Assembly: GCA_010909165.1 (NCBI GenBank)
Contig: MU008154.1
Location: forward strand, 1,353,478 to 1,417,477
DNA from: Anthoceros angustus
Lineage: Eukaryota > Plantae > Anthocerotophyta
DNA: 64,000 nucleotides
Direction of reading: 5' to 3'
In this document: in pieces, positions 13,621 to 26,546 of the stretch
How positions within the stretch are numbered: the stretch's first letter is position 1
Layout of the letters: each line of letters starts with the position of its first letter
The notes under the pieces: model-generated
What the model was told of the DNA's origin: nothing
What the model saw: only the letters and a program-made list of their open reading frames with translations
Database searches by the model: none
Made by a program: the position numbers and the translations under genes

Positions 13621-14839
13621 GACAGTGTGGCGCCTGGAGCGACTCAGCCGCCAGGCAGCAGCAGCCGGCTGTCACCCCGGGAGGGAGGGCGGAGCTCCGC
13701 CCGGCCTCCGCACCGGAGGAGGCGGAGGGCGGAGGTGGCGAGGCCAAGACTTGGCGGCAGCGCCGGGCAAGGAGGTTGTGGCAGAGGCGCCCGAGGGGTG
13801 GATGCCACAAGGGCCTCGAGGGGAGGATGCGGGTGGGGCGGTGTTGAATGGCGAGGGAGGTGGAGGGCAAGGCGAAATCGAGGACTGACGTAAAAGCACA
13901 CCGCTTGGTGTTTGGTTGCATATGGGACTAACAACAATGCTAATAGGCGCATGATGGGTTGGTGGTTGCAGTGTTGAAGGCCGACGAGCAGCTACCGAAT
14001 CATCTATGATTCGGATGGTACTTCGGCCCGACTGCACACCGGCTGTGGAGCGCCGAAGATTGAGCTGCTTGGGGAGGCGAATCAAGGGCGAGGATGAGGC
14101 GGCCACCTAAGAGCAGAGTTGGCCGAGCTCACCGTGGAGCCGGAGGTCACCGGGTTTGTGGGCGGAAAAGAAGAGGGTGCACCAAGCCAAGGCAAAACCT
14201 AAGCCTCGAGGAGGACGCAAGTCGGGAGGGAAGATGGAGGGCCGAGGCCGAGGTGCGAACTCCGTGCCCGCTGAGAGCATTGCGCGAAAAGAAGAACGGG
14301 CACATCCCAAGGGCCTCGTGAGCCTCGCGCCGAGGAGTTTTGGGGCATCATGGCGACCACTCGAGCATCGTTGATTGCCATCGATGCGCCATGAGTGGCG
14401 CCGGGCCACGCCGGAGGTCGTGGAGAAGGTCCGCGACCTTAGGTTGCGCCGCAATGAGGTGGAGGGCATGTTGGAGAGGATGCCCCAAGTGCCCCTAACA
14501 TGCGTGTGGAAGCCCGAGTGCCGGGCTGCTCATGGATATCATGAACGAGCCTTGCAGGCATCAATGGTCAAGGAGTCGCAGACCGAGACCCTCCCTCCTC
14601 GCCACCGCCCACCTCTCCCTCCGCACCACCCTTTCCATTTCATGTGATGCTTTGCTCCACCTCCACCTCCACCACAAAGACGCGCGGCACCTCGCCTCGT
14701 ATGCCTCGCCGCAGTGCCCCTTCCTGCTATGGGCTCCTCCTCAGCCCGAGCCACCACCGAGCCCTGGGAGGAGGCCACTGACGGGGCACAAGAGGATGGA
14801 GGCCCCGTTCGACTCTTTCCAGAGTGAGCGGAGAAGATT

Positions 14840-14978
14840 GTAGGATTTTTGGTAGGTAGGTGTTTTGAGAAGGTTGTAGGATTTTTGGTAGGTAGGTGTT
14901 TTGAGGAGAAGGTTGTAGGATTTTTGGTAGGTAGGTGTTTTGAGAAGTTTGTAGGATTTTTGGTAGGTAGGTGTTTTG
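14840..14978. repeat. 36-39-bp minisatellite, 4 copies
   Basis: GTAGGATTTTTGGTAGGTAGGTGTTTT at 14840, 14876, 14915, 14951. Confidence 0.95.
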
Positions 14979-15689
14979 CGAACTTGAACATGTGCTTCTT
15001 GTGGTGTGGCCGCAATTGTGCAAGCTTGAGGACTGCACAAGTGTTGGCTTTTTGGTTTGTTTTGTTGCTTCAAGGTTGTGTTCCCCGCCTAGAGATTCCG
15101 ATCCTAAGGACAAGTAGATCAGAATCACCGCCAAGACACATCATTGTGACCTGCTAAATGTCGTTGCACTTGAAAATCTATCCTTTCCCGTCTGAGGCAG
15201 TGAATGCTGCATCAGAAGAGGGGTTCCTTCCTTTGCCGATGCTGTATGAGGGGGTCATCGGCGAAATCCTTGTCATGTTGCCTGAAAAGCAAGACCCTTG
15301 CACAATGTGAGTCCTAGCTGCCATGCTGCACAAAAACGAGAAACAAAGGTGGAACGGGCTAGGGAAACAACCCGCAGCTGCATGAATACCGGTGGCACTT
15401 GAAGATGTGTGTGTGAGCGTCGAATTTCCTTCATTTGCCGAGGTTGTATGAGCATCCCATTTGCGAAATCCTTCTCAATTTGCTCGCAGCAGGCACTTGC
15501 ATTCCAAGATCGGTCACCGAAACAAAAAAAAAGTGAAGCAAAGGAGCAACATACCGCCCGTCCATCACCTAATATGCTCTGCAGTGGAGAGTTCGGTCCC
15601 CACATGTACCGCTCCTAAGACACGCTGGTCGCTCACGCTAGATGCGATGAGGAAGAGGGTGTTGATGCTCGCCCACCCATGCCGTGATG

Positions 15690-16600
15690 CCGTGGATGCC
15701 GATGGAAGTGACGATCATCTTCGGTCTCGCTGCATACATCCACCGCAAGCACAACACAAGCATGTTAGTACAACCACAAAACGTAGGGACGCTCCCACAT
15801 CATCTCCTTCCCGCATATATAGTGATAGCAACATGTGAAAGCGGAGGATTTGCGCCGCCCACCTAGTACCGTGATGTGAGTGTGGATGCCGATGTAAATT
15901 ACGATCATCTTCGTCTCGTCGCATACATCCACCGCAAGCACAACACAAGCATGTTAGTCCGAACCACACCGAACGTAGGGATCGCCCCACATCATCTCCT
16001 TCCCGCATATAGTGAAAGCAACATGTGAAAGCGGAGGATTTGCGCCGCCCACCCAGCAGGATAAAGCATGCCGATGCAAATTACGATCACTGGTCAAGTT
16101 CCCATACATCCAACTGCAAGCACAACACAAGCATGTTAGTAGTCACACCGAACGTAGGGACGCTCCCACATCCCGTCCTTCCGCATATATAGTGAAAGCA
16201 ACATGTGAAAGCGGAGGACGGTGCCGCCCACCCAGTGGTGATAAAGCACTGCATGCCGATGTAAATTACGATCGCCCTGTCGCCCCATACATCCAATCGC
16301 AAGCACAACACAAGCATGTTAGTAGTCAAGCACACCAACGTAGGGATCGCTCCCACATCCCGCCCTTCCCGTGCATATATAGTGAAAGCAACATGAAAGC
16401 GGAGGATTTGGCGCCGCCCACCCAAGCATGCGATGAAGCATGCATGCCGATGTAAATTACGATCGCCGTCCGTCGCCCCATACATCCAATCGCAAGCACA
16501 ACACAAGCATGTTAGTAGTCACACCAACGTAGGGATCGCTCCCACATCCCGCCCTTCCCGCATATATAGTGAAAGCGATGTGTAAGCGGAGGATTTGCGG
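15690..16600. repeat. Satellite-like array, 5 units of ~182-193 bp
   Basis: GCACAACACAAGCATGTTAGT at 15749, 15938, 16120, 16303, 16496. Confidence 0.9.
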
Positions 16601-19600
16601 TGCGTGCGAACGCGGGCCATACCTGCGAACAAAAGTTCCTGTGTGTATGTGTTGCCCGCCATGTTTGTGTGTAGACCCGATGGAAACCCTAACACCGTCA
16701 TCAAAAAAAAAAGATCTGTATGACACCATCGGAACACCAGGCCGATGAACGTGTGATAGAATGTTTTTCCCGTACGAACCCGTGAAGCTGATGTGGCACG
16801 TATTATACGTGTATTATACGTGAGTATCGAAAAGATTCCGTGGCATATCCTCGTAGCGTACACCGAAAAAAAAGAAAGTCACACACACACTCCCGTGTGA
16901 CCAGATCGGTATTCCATAGTACCTACCTATACGTACGTAATTAAGTTCCAAGCCCCGATTCATTAGGCAAGGGCGAGAAATGTGGCATCTTTTAATTCCA
17001 TCCATGGACAGCATCGCCCCCAACGAACTACGGTCACCCCCACACCAAGGCGATGAAAATGGCAAGTTGGCAGCCTCACCAACCACACGCCTTGAAGCAA
17101 CGTCGCGTTCTGGCAGGTTGGCAGAATCCCAGACAGGCAGGTTGGCAGAACCTCAGGCAGGCAGGTTGGAAAATCTCCCATCAATAAACGGGTTGGCAGA
17201 ATCACAAACACACAGGCAGCGTGGTAGACAGAACTGGCAGTTGGAACATCATCAGCACCGTGAGCAAGTTCCAAACAGGTTGCAATCTTGCTTTCTCGCT
17301 CCTCATTCTCAACATGATCTCATCGATTGTGAGGCCGATGTGATCGTAGTTGCCGCACCCAAGCAGCAGCAGACTCCACATAGACGTCGACCTGGATCCA
17401 AAACCGGTTACTTCAAGCGGCAGATGGGATGAGAACGAACGAGCCGCATGGCCCAGGATTGCTTCCCCCACTATCCCCTTCCAAGGACGTTGATGAGAGG
17501 GAGCCCCATAGGGCCACGGGAGACGGATGGCACCCCATTCGAGCACTGATCCGTCCCAAGGACGTTTATAATATATATGTACTTTGCTACACAAGTAGGC
17601 AAGGAAATACTGGTACAACGGAATCCTGCACAAAAGAAAACGCGCGTGGCGGGTCAGGCGACGGCCACATGGTATGGCTGCCAAACGGCACCAGCTCATA
17701 CGCGTCTCCACCGGCTGAGCCTAACCATCATATGGCCAGGTGGTAGGGCCCGCCCTCACCATGCCATGATTCACGAGCCCCATCCATTCTCTTTCCTCGG
17801 GATAAAGTGTACAAAAGTACACGCTTGTACCTCGACCAGAAGGGGTCTCGAACCCGCCGGGCCACTGAGGCATTTGCGGACAAGAAGTCTATTCTAGATG
17901 ACTTGGATGGAAATTTTCGATCATGGGCAACTTTTATCATGGTGATCCTAACTTACTAACACCAACGACATCCACTCCTTTAACTACCGATGGAAGGGGT
18001 GTTATAAATGTGTGTCTATTTTTGTCTAGACCATTTGGAGAGCCGGCGCCGACGAGATGGAGGAATCGGTGGCGGTGTATGCTTTGCACTTGCAAATACG
18101 GTATGCCAAGGAGAGTACATAGATGAGAAGGCATGGAGTTCATGAGACATTGCATGGTAAAGCGGGCCCTACCTCCACCGGCCTGAGCCTTGTCCCATTA
18201 ACCTAACATGCATGCGCCAAGCCGTACGGAACCCACCCCATACCATTATGCAAGCCCTCTAATTTTGCCCATGTACGTACCCGGTACCAGCGAGATACAC
18301 GGTAGTGTGCTCGACATGATTGTGGCCGGAAGGGCCCCAGGCCCCCGCGGCCCTGCCCCCGCCACATATGTAATCTACTCCACCATTTATTTGGGAGATG
18401 GAGACTTTATTACGAAACCATTTATGTAGCGAGACCAACCCTCAGGGGATATGTGTGTATCAAGTCCCTGCCGCCTTCGGACAGCCCCCCGATAAGTTAG
18501 GGTTTGTAGTGGGCCCCGCTTCCCGCAGGTCGCAGGTAGGTACATATATGGCCTGGGGTACTGCATGCCCATGCATAGAGATTTTTTCAATCGCGCAAGC
18601 CGGTGGGTTGGTGGCCAAAACCACGTTCCTCCGCCTTCTCGCCCAACTCCTGCTTCCTCTTCATCATGCTTTAAACCACTTGAAGCCTTGCGTGATATGA
18701 TTCTTCTCGGGATCACCACACCCGAAACCATGTTCTTTCTATCGTCACGAAAGAATCATTAATATCGTATTGTATTAATATTTAATAAATATTCATGTCA
18801 TTTTAGCCTGAGTAGGAGTGAATTTTAGTGATATAAATTTTATTTAAATAAAATGTGAAATTTCGTTGATGGATGGGTAAATCGGTTTCTCACACTTTGG
18901 GTCGGATGAGAGATGAATGTGCTTCATGAAGCGAGTTCGGAGTGGAGGTTACACATGATGTGAAGTGAATGTGATTTCCCATGTTTAAAAAAATGAATGG
19001 AATATGCATATATTTGAGTGTGTTGAAGATGGGAGTTTAGGAGATGCGAATTTGAAGGGAGGCGTTTGGATTGGAACATTGTGATGGTGTTGATGCTGGT
19101 TTGGGCATCGGAGGCACCGAAAGCGGGGCAAAAGCGATGGTAAGATTTGGGTTGATGAGAGGAGGGCCGGGCGAGATTCGTGGGTTGAGGGGGTAGGGGA
19201 CAGGCAGCGCGGATTCCGATGTACGCCCTGGCGGATTCCGAATTTCCCTCACAACGCGGCGGCTTGTGGGCCGTCGGATGCTGCGCTTGTGTGGCGCGGG
19301 CCCGCGGGGCCGTGGCCTGACCTGATGATTGGCAGTGAGCCAGGCTGCCAAGGGACGGATACCCTCACCTGACCTGACCCGATGATTGGCACTGTGCCAG
19401 GCTGCCAAGTGCGGATGCCCCGCCCAGGGAAGGGAAGCGGACGGGGAAGGAGCGCCAGGCTGCCAAGTGCGGATCCCCCCGTCCAGGGGAAGTGAAGCGG
19501 ACGGGGAAGCGACAACGGTTCACCATTCACGAATGATGCACGAACCACGGTTCTGACTCACGCAGGCGCTGCTGCAGCTGCCTGGACCGGGCTGGTCTGC

Positions 19601-20147
19601 TGGCAGATGGGTTCATCTATGGCGCCCAGGCTGTAAATCTGTGAACGCGGGAATTGCCTTTCCCGGAGCCCCAGAGTCTCTCTCTTGGACGAGGCAGGCG
19701 GCCTTTTTGAGAGGCTGGGTTGGCTTTTGTGTCCGGCTGTCCGTCTGCCCGTCTGCCCGTCTGCCTCGGCCTGGGCCTCTGCTGTTGCTGTTGCTGGGCA
19801 GGAGCAGGAGCAGGAGCAGGGTCATCAGGGGAGGGTGATGCGACGAGGTGACTTGTTGGGTGGTGGGATCCAGTCGACCGGGCGCAGAGCTGCCGACAGC
19901 ACCCACCTCTGCCTGCTGGTGTCCTGCACCTTCCTGGCCTCCCCCCCTCCCGCTCTCTCCTCGGAGCTCGCCGCTCGCGCCCCAAAACCGGTGCATCAGC
20001 CCCCACCTGCCTTCAGCTGAAAGCTCAAAGAGAGAGACACCGGCCCACGAACCAGCCCGGCCTCTGTGAGCTTGTTTGTTTGACTTGCCTCGGCCCCTGC
20101 CCGTGCTGCCTACGAAGCTCCCCCTGCTCCTCCCCTGCCGGGCCCTT

Positions 20148-20490
20148 TTATCTCCCTCAGCCGGCATTATCTTCCTCAGCCGGCATTATCTCCCTCAGCC
20201 GGCAAGGATTGCGGCTGAGCTGCACCTCTCTTCAGTGCTGGGCGTTTCTTCTAGCTCTCTCGCTCTCTCGGGTAAGGCTCATGGGTTGTGGGCAGTAGGA
20301 AGCTCATGGGTTGTGGGCAGTAGGAAGCTTGTGGGTTGTGGGCAGTAGGAAGCTGGCTGGCTTGGTGGGTTGTGGGCAGTAGTAGGAAGGTGGCCGGCAT
20401 GGTGGGTTGTGGGCAGTAGGAAGCTCATGGCTTGTGGCTTGTGGGCAGTAGGAAGCTCATGGCTCGTGGGCATGTGGGCAGTAGGGAGCT
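20148..20490. repeat. Two adjacent minisatellites: 19-bp x3 and ~25-33-bp x7
   Basis: TTATCTCCCTCAGCCGGCA x3 at 20148-20204; GTGGGCAGTAG(GAAGCT) x7 at ~20285-20490. Confidence 0.9.
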
Positions 20491-21427
20491 TGTGGCAAGG
20501 AAGGTATTTTAGGAAGCTTGCTGGGATTTCAATCTGCGTGTGATGTTGTTGCGGGTGTTGTGTGAATGGACCTGATGTGTGGATGTTGTGATGGTTCTGG
20601 GTGGGGCAAAACACACTATGCAGGCCGCACCTCGCAGTAGGAGGTTGGTGGGAAGTGTCGAGCTGTCTTGCTTCTGGAAAGTCAGCCCAAGTCTTCCTCG
20701 ACTGCTTGCTTAGCATATTCTTCCGTACCCAGATAGTCTTATGTTTTGGATTACCCTCTCTCCCGAGCCCCGCACTCCGATTTGGCTACGCTCAGCTTTG
20801 ACTGCGTCCTGCCCATGGCCTGCAGCCTGGCCGTCTGCCACGCCAAGTCGTCCTCACTCGGCATTAGCTTTAAAGCTTCCTGCTTCCTGCATCCTGCTGG
20901 CCTCCGGTTGCGAGCTTCTCTTTTCTCTTCTGTTCTGCAGTCTCCGTGACCGGTCTTGCTTGCTTTCTGTTTGTGGTGCAGGCAGTTGTGGCGATCCGCT
21001 CTCCGGTTGTGGGCAAGGAAACGGCTGTGGTGTCGCCGTTAGATGGGCTCTGAGCTGACGGGGTGTGGGTGTAATAGTAGGAGGAAGGATCTTCCTTCAC
21101 CTGAGAAGGTTGTGGAAGGTTGCAGAAGCCTCGAGTTTGGAAGCTGTCGTATTGATGCTTTTTCTGGCTCGGACGTGCTGCACAACACACGGTTGATGGC
21201 AATGCTTGAAAGACGGAAGATGGAGTGGGTGGGGGATCTGCATACCCTGTTATGAGAGCCCACTTGGGTCGGAGCCAGAAGTTCCCTCTCAGGAGAGTGG
21301 CCTACGGCCTTTCCTTCTGCTTCTGTGAAGTGGCCTGCGGCCTTGTCTTCCTTGAAGCCCTGTCATCTGAGGAGAGTGGCCTGGGCACAAGGCCACAGGC
21401 GTGTGAAATCGAGGGAAGCTGGTGAAC

Positions 21428-23470
21428 ATGAGTGTGCAGTACCGGCCAGAGCTTGGAAGTATCAGCCTTATGCCCTGTTTTTCCTCGGACTCCAACTTCA
21501 GTACGGTGCGCACATCATCTCTGTCCGACTCTGGTCACCAAGGTTCCAGTGGAGGACATTCGAGTGGAGGGCAGTCCAGCTTTGGGGTTATGAAGTTCAG
21601 AAGCCAAGGCTCACCCATTTCTCCGCTTTCTCCTCAAGATTTATCCTTGGTTTCCGATGCTGTGTACTCAGGCAGCTATAGCTCGCCATCTCTTACCAGC
21701 AATATGTCGGGAAGAAGAGATCATGGGTACCTACAGCTGCCTTCTCTGCACCATGCTGATGGTGGGTATCACGGGAGCATGTCTGTGAACGGGGATATGT
21801 CTGTGTACAGCCCACCAATCCACAGTTCCATGACGGTGGATAGTCATGTGGGGTATGGTAACCAGAGTTCCAGCCCCTATAGTGGAATGCAGCTGGCTCA
21901 GGAGCACCCAAATCAGCGCTCTGCGAGCGTGGCGCAGATGTTGCAAAAGCTTGAGAGTGCATTGCTTGATGATGATGATACTGGCTTCTCGGGTTCCATC
22001 TGTGAAGGTCAGAGTTCTGTTGTGGACCCGACTCTCGCCTTCGACATCGACGAGATTCTGTACAGGGACTCTCCTTCTTCTCAGAACAATGTGGATGTTT
22101 CCAATGGCAGCTTTCTGTACAGGGGCTCTCCTTCTTCTGAGAACAACGTGGAAGCTTCTGATGGCAGCAGTGGAGGTGTGGTGCAATATGCTCAGGAGCA
22201 GCCCCCTGGCCCTGTTTCCAACAACAATGTGGCAGCTACTACTCCTCCCAGCTCTGATGCTAGGCAGGCAGCCGCAGAGGACAATGCAGCGGCTGTGACT
22301 AAGTCTCATGCTATGGAGGAGCTGCTGCCAAGCAAGGCCTTCTTTGGAAGAAACAAGCTGGAAGAACTGCTGGTGCAATGTGCTGAGGCTGTCTCTAACC
22401 ATGATTTGGACGTGGCCCATGACTTGATGAGCCAGCTCAATCAATCCGTCTCCATATACGGGGACCCCACGCAACGGCTGGCAGCCTACATGGTGGAAGG
22501 TCTGGTAGCTCGATTGGCATCTTCAGGGAGGCGGTTCTACCAGGTTCTAAAGTGCAAAGAACCACCCAGCTTGGACATGCTCTCTGCCATGCAGATCATG
22601 TACGAAGTCTGCCCTTACTTCAAGTTCGGCTACATGGCAGCCAATGGGGCCATAGCGGAAGCTTTCAAGGATGAAAAGAAGGTGCATATCATAGACTTCC
22701 AGATCACACAGGGAGTTCAGTGGTTCACCCTCATCCAAGCTCTTGCAGGTAGGCCAGGGGGCCCGCCTCATGTTCGTCTCACTGGGGTGGATGATCCTCA
22801 AAGCCAGTACTCATCTGGCACTCTTGAGAAGCTGGGGGAAAAGCTGGCCAGGCTTGCTAAGCATGTTGGGGTTCCTTTCGAGTTCCATCCAATCGCAAAG
22901 CAGGTCCAAGACGTGCAGGTTTGGATGCTGGATCTAAGGGAAGATGAGGCAATTGCCTGCAATTTTACCCTGGAGCTGCACCATGTGCCCGACGAGAGTG
23001 TCTGTACTACGAATCCTCGGGACAGGCTACTGCGGATGGTGAAGAGCCTGAACCCCAAGGTTGTCACCGTGGTGGAGCAGGAGCTCAACACCAACACTGC
23101 TCCTTTCTTCCCTCGCTTTCTCGAAGCTCTGAGCTACTACACTGCTATCTTCGAGTCCTTGGATGTGACCCTTCCACGAGAAAGTAAAGATCGGGTTAGT
23201 GTGGAGCAGCAATGCCTTGCCCGGGACATTGTCAATGTCATAGCCTGTGAAGGCACTGAGCGGATAGAAAGACACGAGGTGATCTGGAAATGGCGAGCGA
23301 GAATGACCATGGCAGGTTTCAAGCCTTATCCTCTGAGCTCCTATGTAAATAGTACCATTAAATCCTTGCTGGAGTCTTACTGTGACAAGTATCGATTGAA
23401 AGAGGAAGGTGGAGCTCTGTACTTGGGATGGTTGAACCGTGCACTGATAACTGCTTCTGCCTGGCATTAG
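21428..23470 (+). CDS. GRAS transcription regulator, PAT1/SCL1 subfamily (single exon)
   Basis: Uninterrupted ~680-aa ORF (first ATG 21428) with LHR I (LEELLVQCAEAV...GDPTQRLAAYMVEGL), EVCPYFKFGYMAANGAIAEA, VHIID (KVHIIDFQI), PFYRE and terminal SAW motifs. Confidence 0.95.
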   Translation: MSVQYRPELGSISLMPCFSSDSNFSTVRTSSLSDSGHQGSSGGHSSGGQSSFGVMKFRSQGSPISPLSPQDLSLVSDAVYSGSYSSPSLTSNMSGRRDHGYLQLPSLHHADGGYHGSMSVNGDMSVYSPPIHSSMTVDSHVGYGNQSSSPYSGMQLAQEHPNQRSASVAQMLQKLESALLDDDDTGFSGSICEGQSSVVDPTLAFDIDEILYRDSPSSQNNVDVSNGSFLYRGSPSSENNVEASDGSSGGVVQYAQEQPPGPVSNNNVAATTPPSSDARQAAAEDNAAAVTKSHAMEELLPSKAFFGRNKLEELLVQCAEAVSNHDLDVAHDLMSQLNQSVSIYGDPTQRLAAYMVEGLVARLASSGRRFYQVLKCKEPPSLDMLSAMQIMYEVCPYFKFGYMAANGAIAEAFKDEKKVHIIDFQITQGVQWFTLIQALAGRPGGPPHVRLTGVDDPQSQYSSGTLEKLGEKLARLAKHVGVPFEFHPIAKQVQDVQVWMLDLREDEAIACNFTLELHHVPDESVCTTNPRDRLLRMVKSLNPKVVTVVEQELNTNTAPFFPRFLEALSYYTAIFESLDVTLPRESKDRVSVEQQCLARDIVNVIACEGTERIERHEVIWKWRARMTMAGFKPYPLSSYVNSTIKSLLESYCDKYRLKEEGGALYLGWLNRALITASAWH

Positions 23471-23884
23471 CATTTCAACATGTGCGCAGGTGAGATGTGT
23501 CCAACCAAGGAAGAGGCTTGAACGGATCTAGTGGCCAAGATGGAGTTTCACTACATGCTGCTGCGAATTTATTGGAATACCTGGCCAAGAGATGATGTGT
23601 AAACATCTGAGTGTAAATGACATAGATGACTGTTTCAATGGTTGTAGAACCAAGACTTTCAGACGGTGTAGGGTGTGTAAGCTTGCATGTCAATCTGGCC
23701 TATGCTGTCTACCCAGTCTCACAGAACAATTCCACTGTTTACTCGCTTTGGAATCTCCTCGCTCCCTGATGGTCGGCGAGGTCGCAAGAATGTCTCAAAG
23801 TCGCAAAAATGTTTTAAAGTCGCAAATATGTTTCATAACTTGATACCACAGTCTTGGCACAAACAGTTCCCCAGCGGACCACTC

Positions 23885-26256
23885 TCAGGATTTCACGGGA
23901 GTCCTATGTCTTTGAGGACTGGCATCAGTCGGTTGCAGTGGTGAATTCGCAAACCTCACGCGCTGCTGGACTCGCTGCTTGATAGCGGGAGACCTCAAGG
24001 CCCCTTCAGCTGTCGAACACAAACAACCCGTGTCAGGTCAGTTTGTATGTGGTGGGGTGGACCCACCATAACAACAAAACAAGGCTAGCGAGCGGATGCG
24101 GATACCTTGCCACTCCCAAACAGTTCTGGATTCCCCTTTGATCAGCTTTGGATACTGATCTATACGAGAGTCTTCGTTCACCAAGCGCTCAACCTTTTAC
24201 AACGTAAACGACATGAGAAGTTGGCTACACAAGGCTATGGAATTTGCCTATAGGAAACCGGGCCAAAACTCGTACCTCACTCCAAAGACGACGATTCTTC
24301 CTCTCTTTGACCGACAATAAATGATCTCTGAGTCGAGAAGCTACCACCCATGGCACATGTTCTCGACCATCTGCATTCAATGCCTTGTCCTCCAGCTCCT
24401 CACATACCTGGTCAATTCAGATGATGACAGTTCGGTTCACATGCACCACATCCCCCTGAACACATTTGACGAGCCCTGACATCGCACCTGTACGTAGACT
24501 GCTAATGCCCGCGATGCAGTTTGCCACCTCCAGATCAACTTCAAGGTGATGGAGGAGCCAAAGATGACCTAGAACGAATCACAAGAAAAATACTTCCTGG
24601 ATCAGGTCCCGTGGGTCACCATGCGTTAGGCGTCAGACAACCGTGAAAAGGCACACACCACCCTCAAGGTGACTGAGTAAGCTGACAACTAAACTCAAAC
24701 TCAACTGGACTCACCAACGGAGAAAGAGCTATGAGGTAAAGAATATTGCGCCAAATCCACTCCCTAAGCCAACAGTCAAAAGGTTTGTATCTCTCCACCA
24801 AGTCACTGGGACACTGGAGTTGTTCTATCCTGAGATAAAAGCACGGTTATGGAAAATATGATCAGACATGACTGTATCTCAAGGGGTTCTCCTGCCAAAA
24901 GCATAGTCTGTCCAGCTAAACACAAATTGGCTGCAGCCATCGCTCATGATCACTTCTCCCAGCTGCGAAACCTTCTCCAAGAACAATACTAACCCAGCCT
25001 TGGTTCGTGTGATCAGCACGTTCTTGATCTCATTGAAAGCTCGACTTTGGACTAGTGACAAGCTCTTCTCATCCAAATCAACCTCTTGCTTCGTTATCTC
25101 TAAGAGCTCATCTTTTGGAATCTGCACAACTACAGCAGTCACGTTAGCATTGAAATCTTTCGGGCAGGAGGCTGGTTGGCTGTGTGGTATAGGTGCTGCT
25201 GTACTAGGCGTTCACTCACGTCCCCAGGCAACTATCGTCTCATACATTTCCTGCATTTGGCTAACCTATTTGAAGGGAAGTCTTGCCTGTCCAAAGGATC
25301 ACAATGCAACAATCAAGGGTCCAGTGTGGAGCCACACCCATGCGCTCCCAAATCCATCACAAAGGGCCTGGGCGTGCTGCTTGCAGACAAAGTCTTGAAT
25401 GAAACCGACCTGCAGGCATGGTCCAGATGCGGTCAGTAAGTCCCCTGACAGAACACAGTGAGCCATCAAGAGGTTCTTCAGCTCACAACCAAACTGGAAC
25501 CGACAACTACGGTTGGAGGAGCAATGTACCAGTTTCTGAGCATTTCGGTCAATCTGAGAATCAGGAACACACACCCTCCCCTGTCTCCTGTATCCTGGCA
25601 GACACTGCAGCTTTTGGTCTGAGCAGACGCCATGCTCTGGGCACGGAATGCATTCACCTGCACACAAAAGCTTGTCAGAACCGCACGAAAAGTTGGAGCT
25701 GATGAGCTGATCCATCAAACCACCTTCAGACAGCCGGAAACCTACCCCTCCCGTGTGGAGTGCAGAAAGGCTTGAAGAAATCAGAGATCCAGCCGATGAC
25801 GGAAAACCCGACGGTGGCAACCGCTGCTGCAATCACTAGAATAGCCACGATCTGCAGAATCTGCTCCTTCAAAGAAAGAGCCTCATCCCCCGAATTGATG
25901 CGACCATGGCTCTGTTGCTTCTTCTTCTGACGGCCTGACGGGGTGTCCTCCCTGTCTAGCATCCCTCGTCGTCTGTGAGAATGCCTGAATGGAGCTGACG
26001 AACAACACCGCAGCACACCCCTTGCTGAACTAGCACCAACAATGGAAACAGGTGAAATGGTAGATTTATGGCCTTCCCACTTCAGCTTGTCTGGAGGCGG
26101 AGACAAACGATCCTCAGCGGGCTCGAGTTCTCTGAACCTACGGCCCCTGCGGGTTAGGCCTGAAGTCCAGATGGCGTTTGCAGGATCAAATCCGAGAACA
26201 GAAGGGGAATTCTTTCTTCTGCTTCGACTTCGTATGGATCCTGCCTCTCTGGTCAT
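23885..26256 (-). CDS. Man1/Src1 C-terminal-domain inner nuclear membrane protein (multi-exon)
   Basis: ATG at 26256. Exons encode TM1 (ILQIVAILVIAAAVATVGF), luminal CIPCPEHGVCSDQKLQCLPGYRRQGRVCVPD, CPSDLVERYKPFDCWLREWIWRNIL (TM2), PWVVASRLRDHLL and EDSRIDQYPKLIKGESRTVWEWQ. GT-AG introns; some internal exon edges are approximate. Confidence 0.85.
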
Positions 26257-26546
26257 TTGGTAGCTGGAAATAGAATCTTCCACAAGCTTCTTTTTCATTG
26301 GGAGGTTGTTCACACCAGTGCTGATAATTCATCCATCACTCTCTTACGGGATGATGCTTCACAGCGAACCTTTCCTTCTCCTTGGCTTTCACGATTTGCT
26401 CTTGCTGCAACGCCCGACGAGGTTGGTTTTAGGTTATCTCCACGGAGGTTTAGGTCAACGAAGAGCTCTACATAGTCTGCGAAGTTGGGCGCTTGAATTC
26501 CTCGAAACCCAACAAGCTTTGATCGTGCCCGTGTTTCATCTTTGTA
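26257..26546. promoter_or_regulatory. Probable bidirectional promoter between the MAN1-like gene and PPAN
   Basis: Divergent start codons ~290 bp apart (26256 minus, 26547 plus). Confidence 0.6.

Noticed and set aside
6900-14700. Many long overlapping ORFs (100-390 aa) on both strands
   Set aside because: Expected from very high GC and stop-codon scarcity; Arg/Ala/Pro-rich with no motifs, so not called as genes.
14840-16600. Regular repeats as a possible CRISPR array
   Set aside because: Units are fully repeated with no unique spacers, there are no cas genes, and the context is eukaryotic.
16980-18160. Possible LINE or gene remnant (150-170-aa ORFs, SSRIDFL)
   Set aside because: No endonuclease or RT motif set and no convincing splice structure.
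21731-23473. Antisense ORFs over the GRAS and SCAI coding regions
   Set aside because: Typical shadow ORFs of real coding sequence with no independent motifs.
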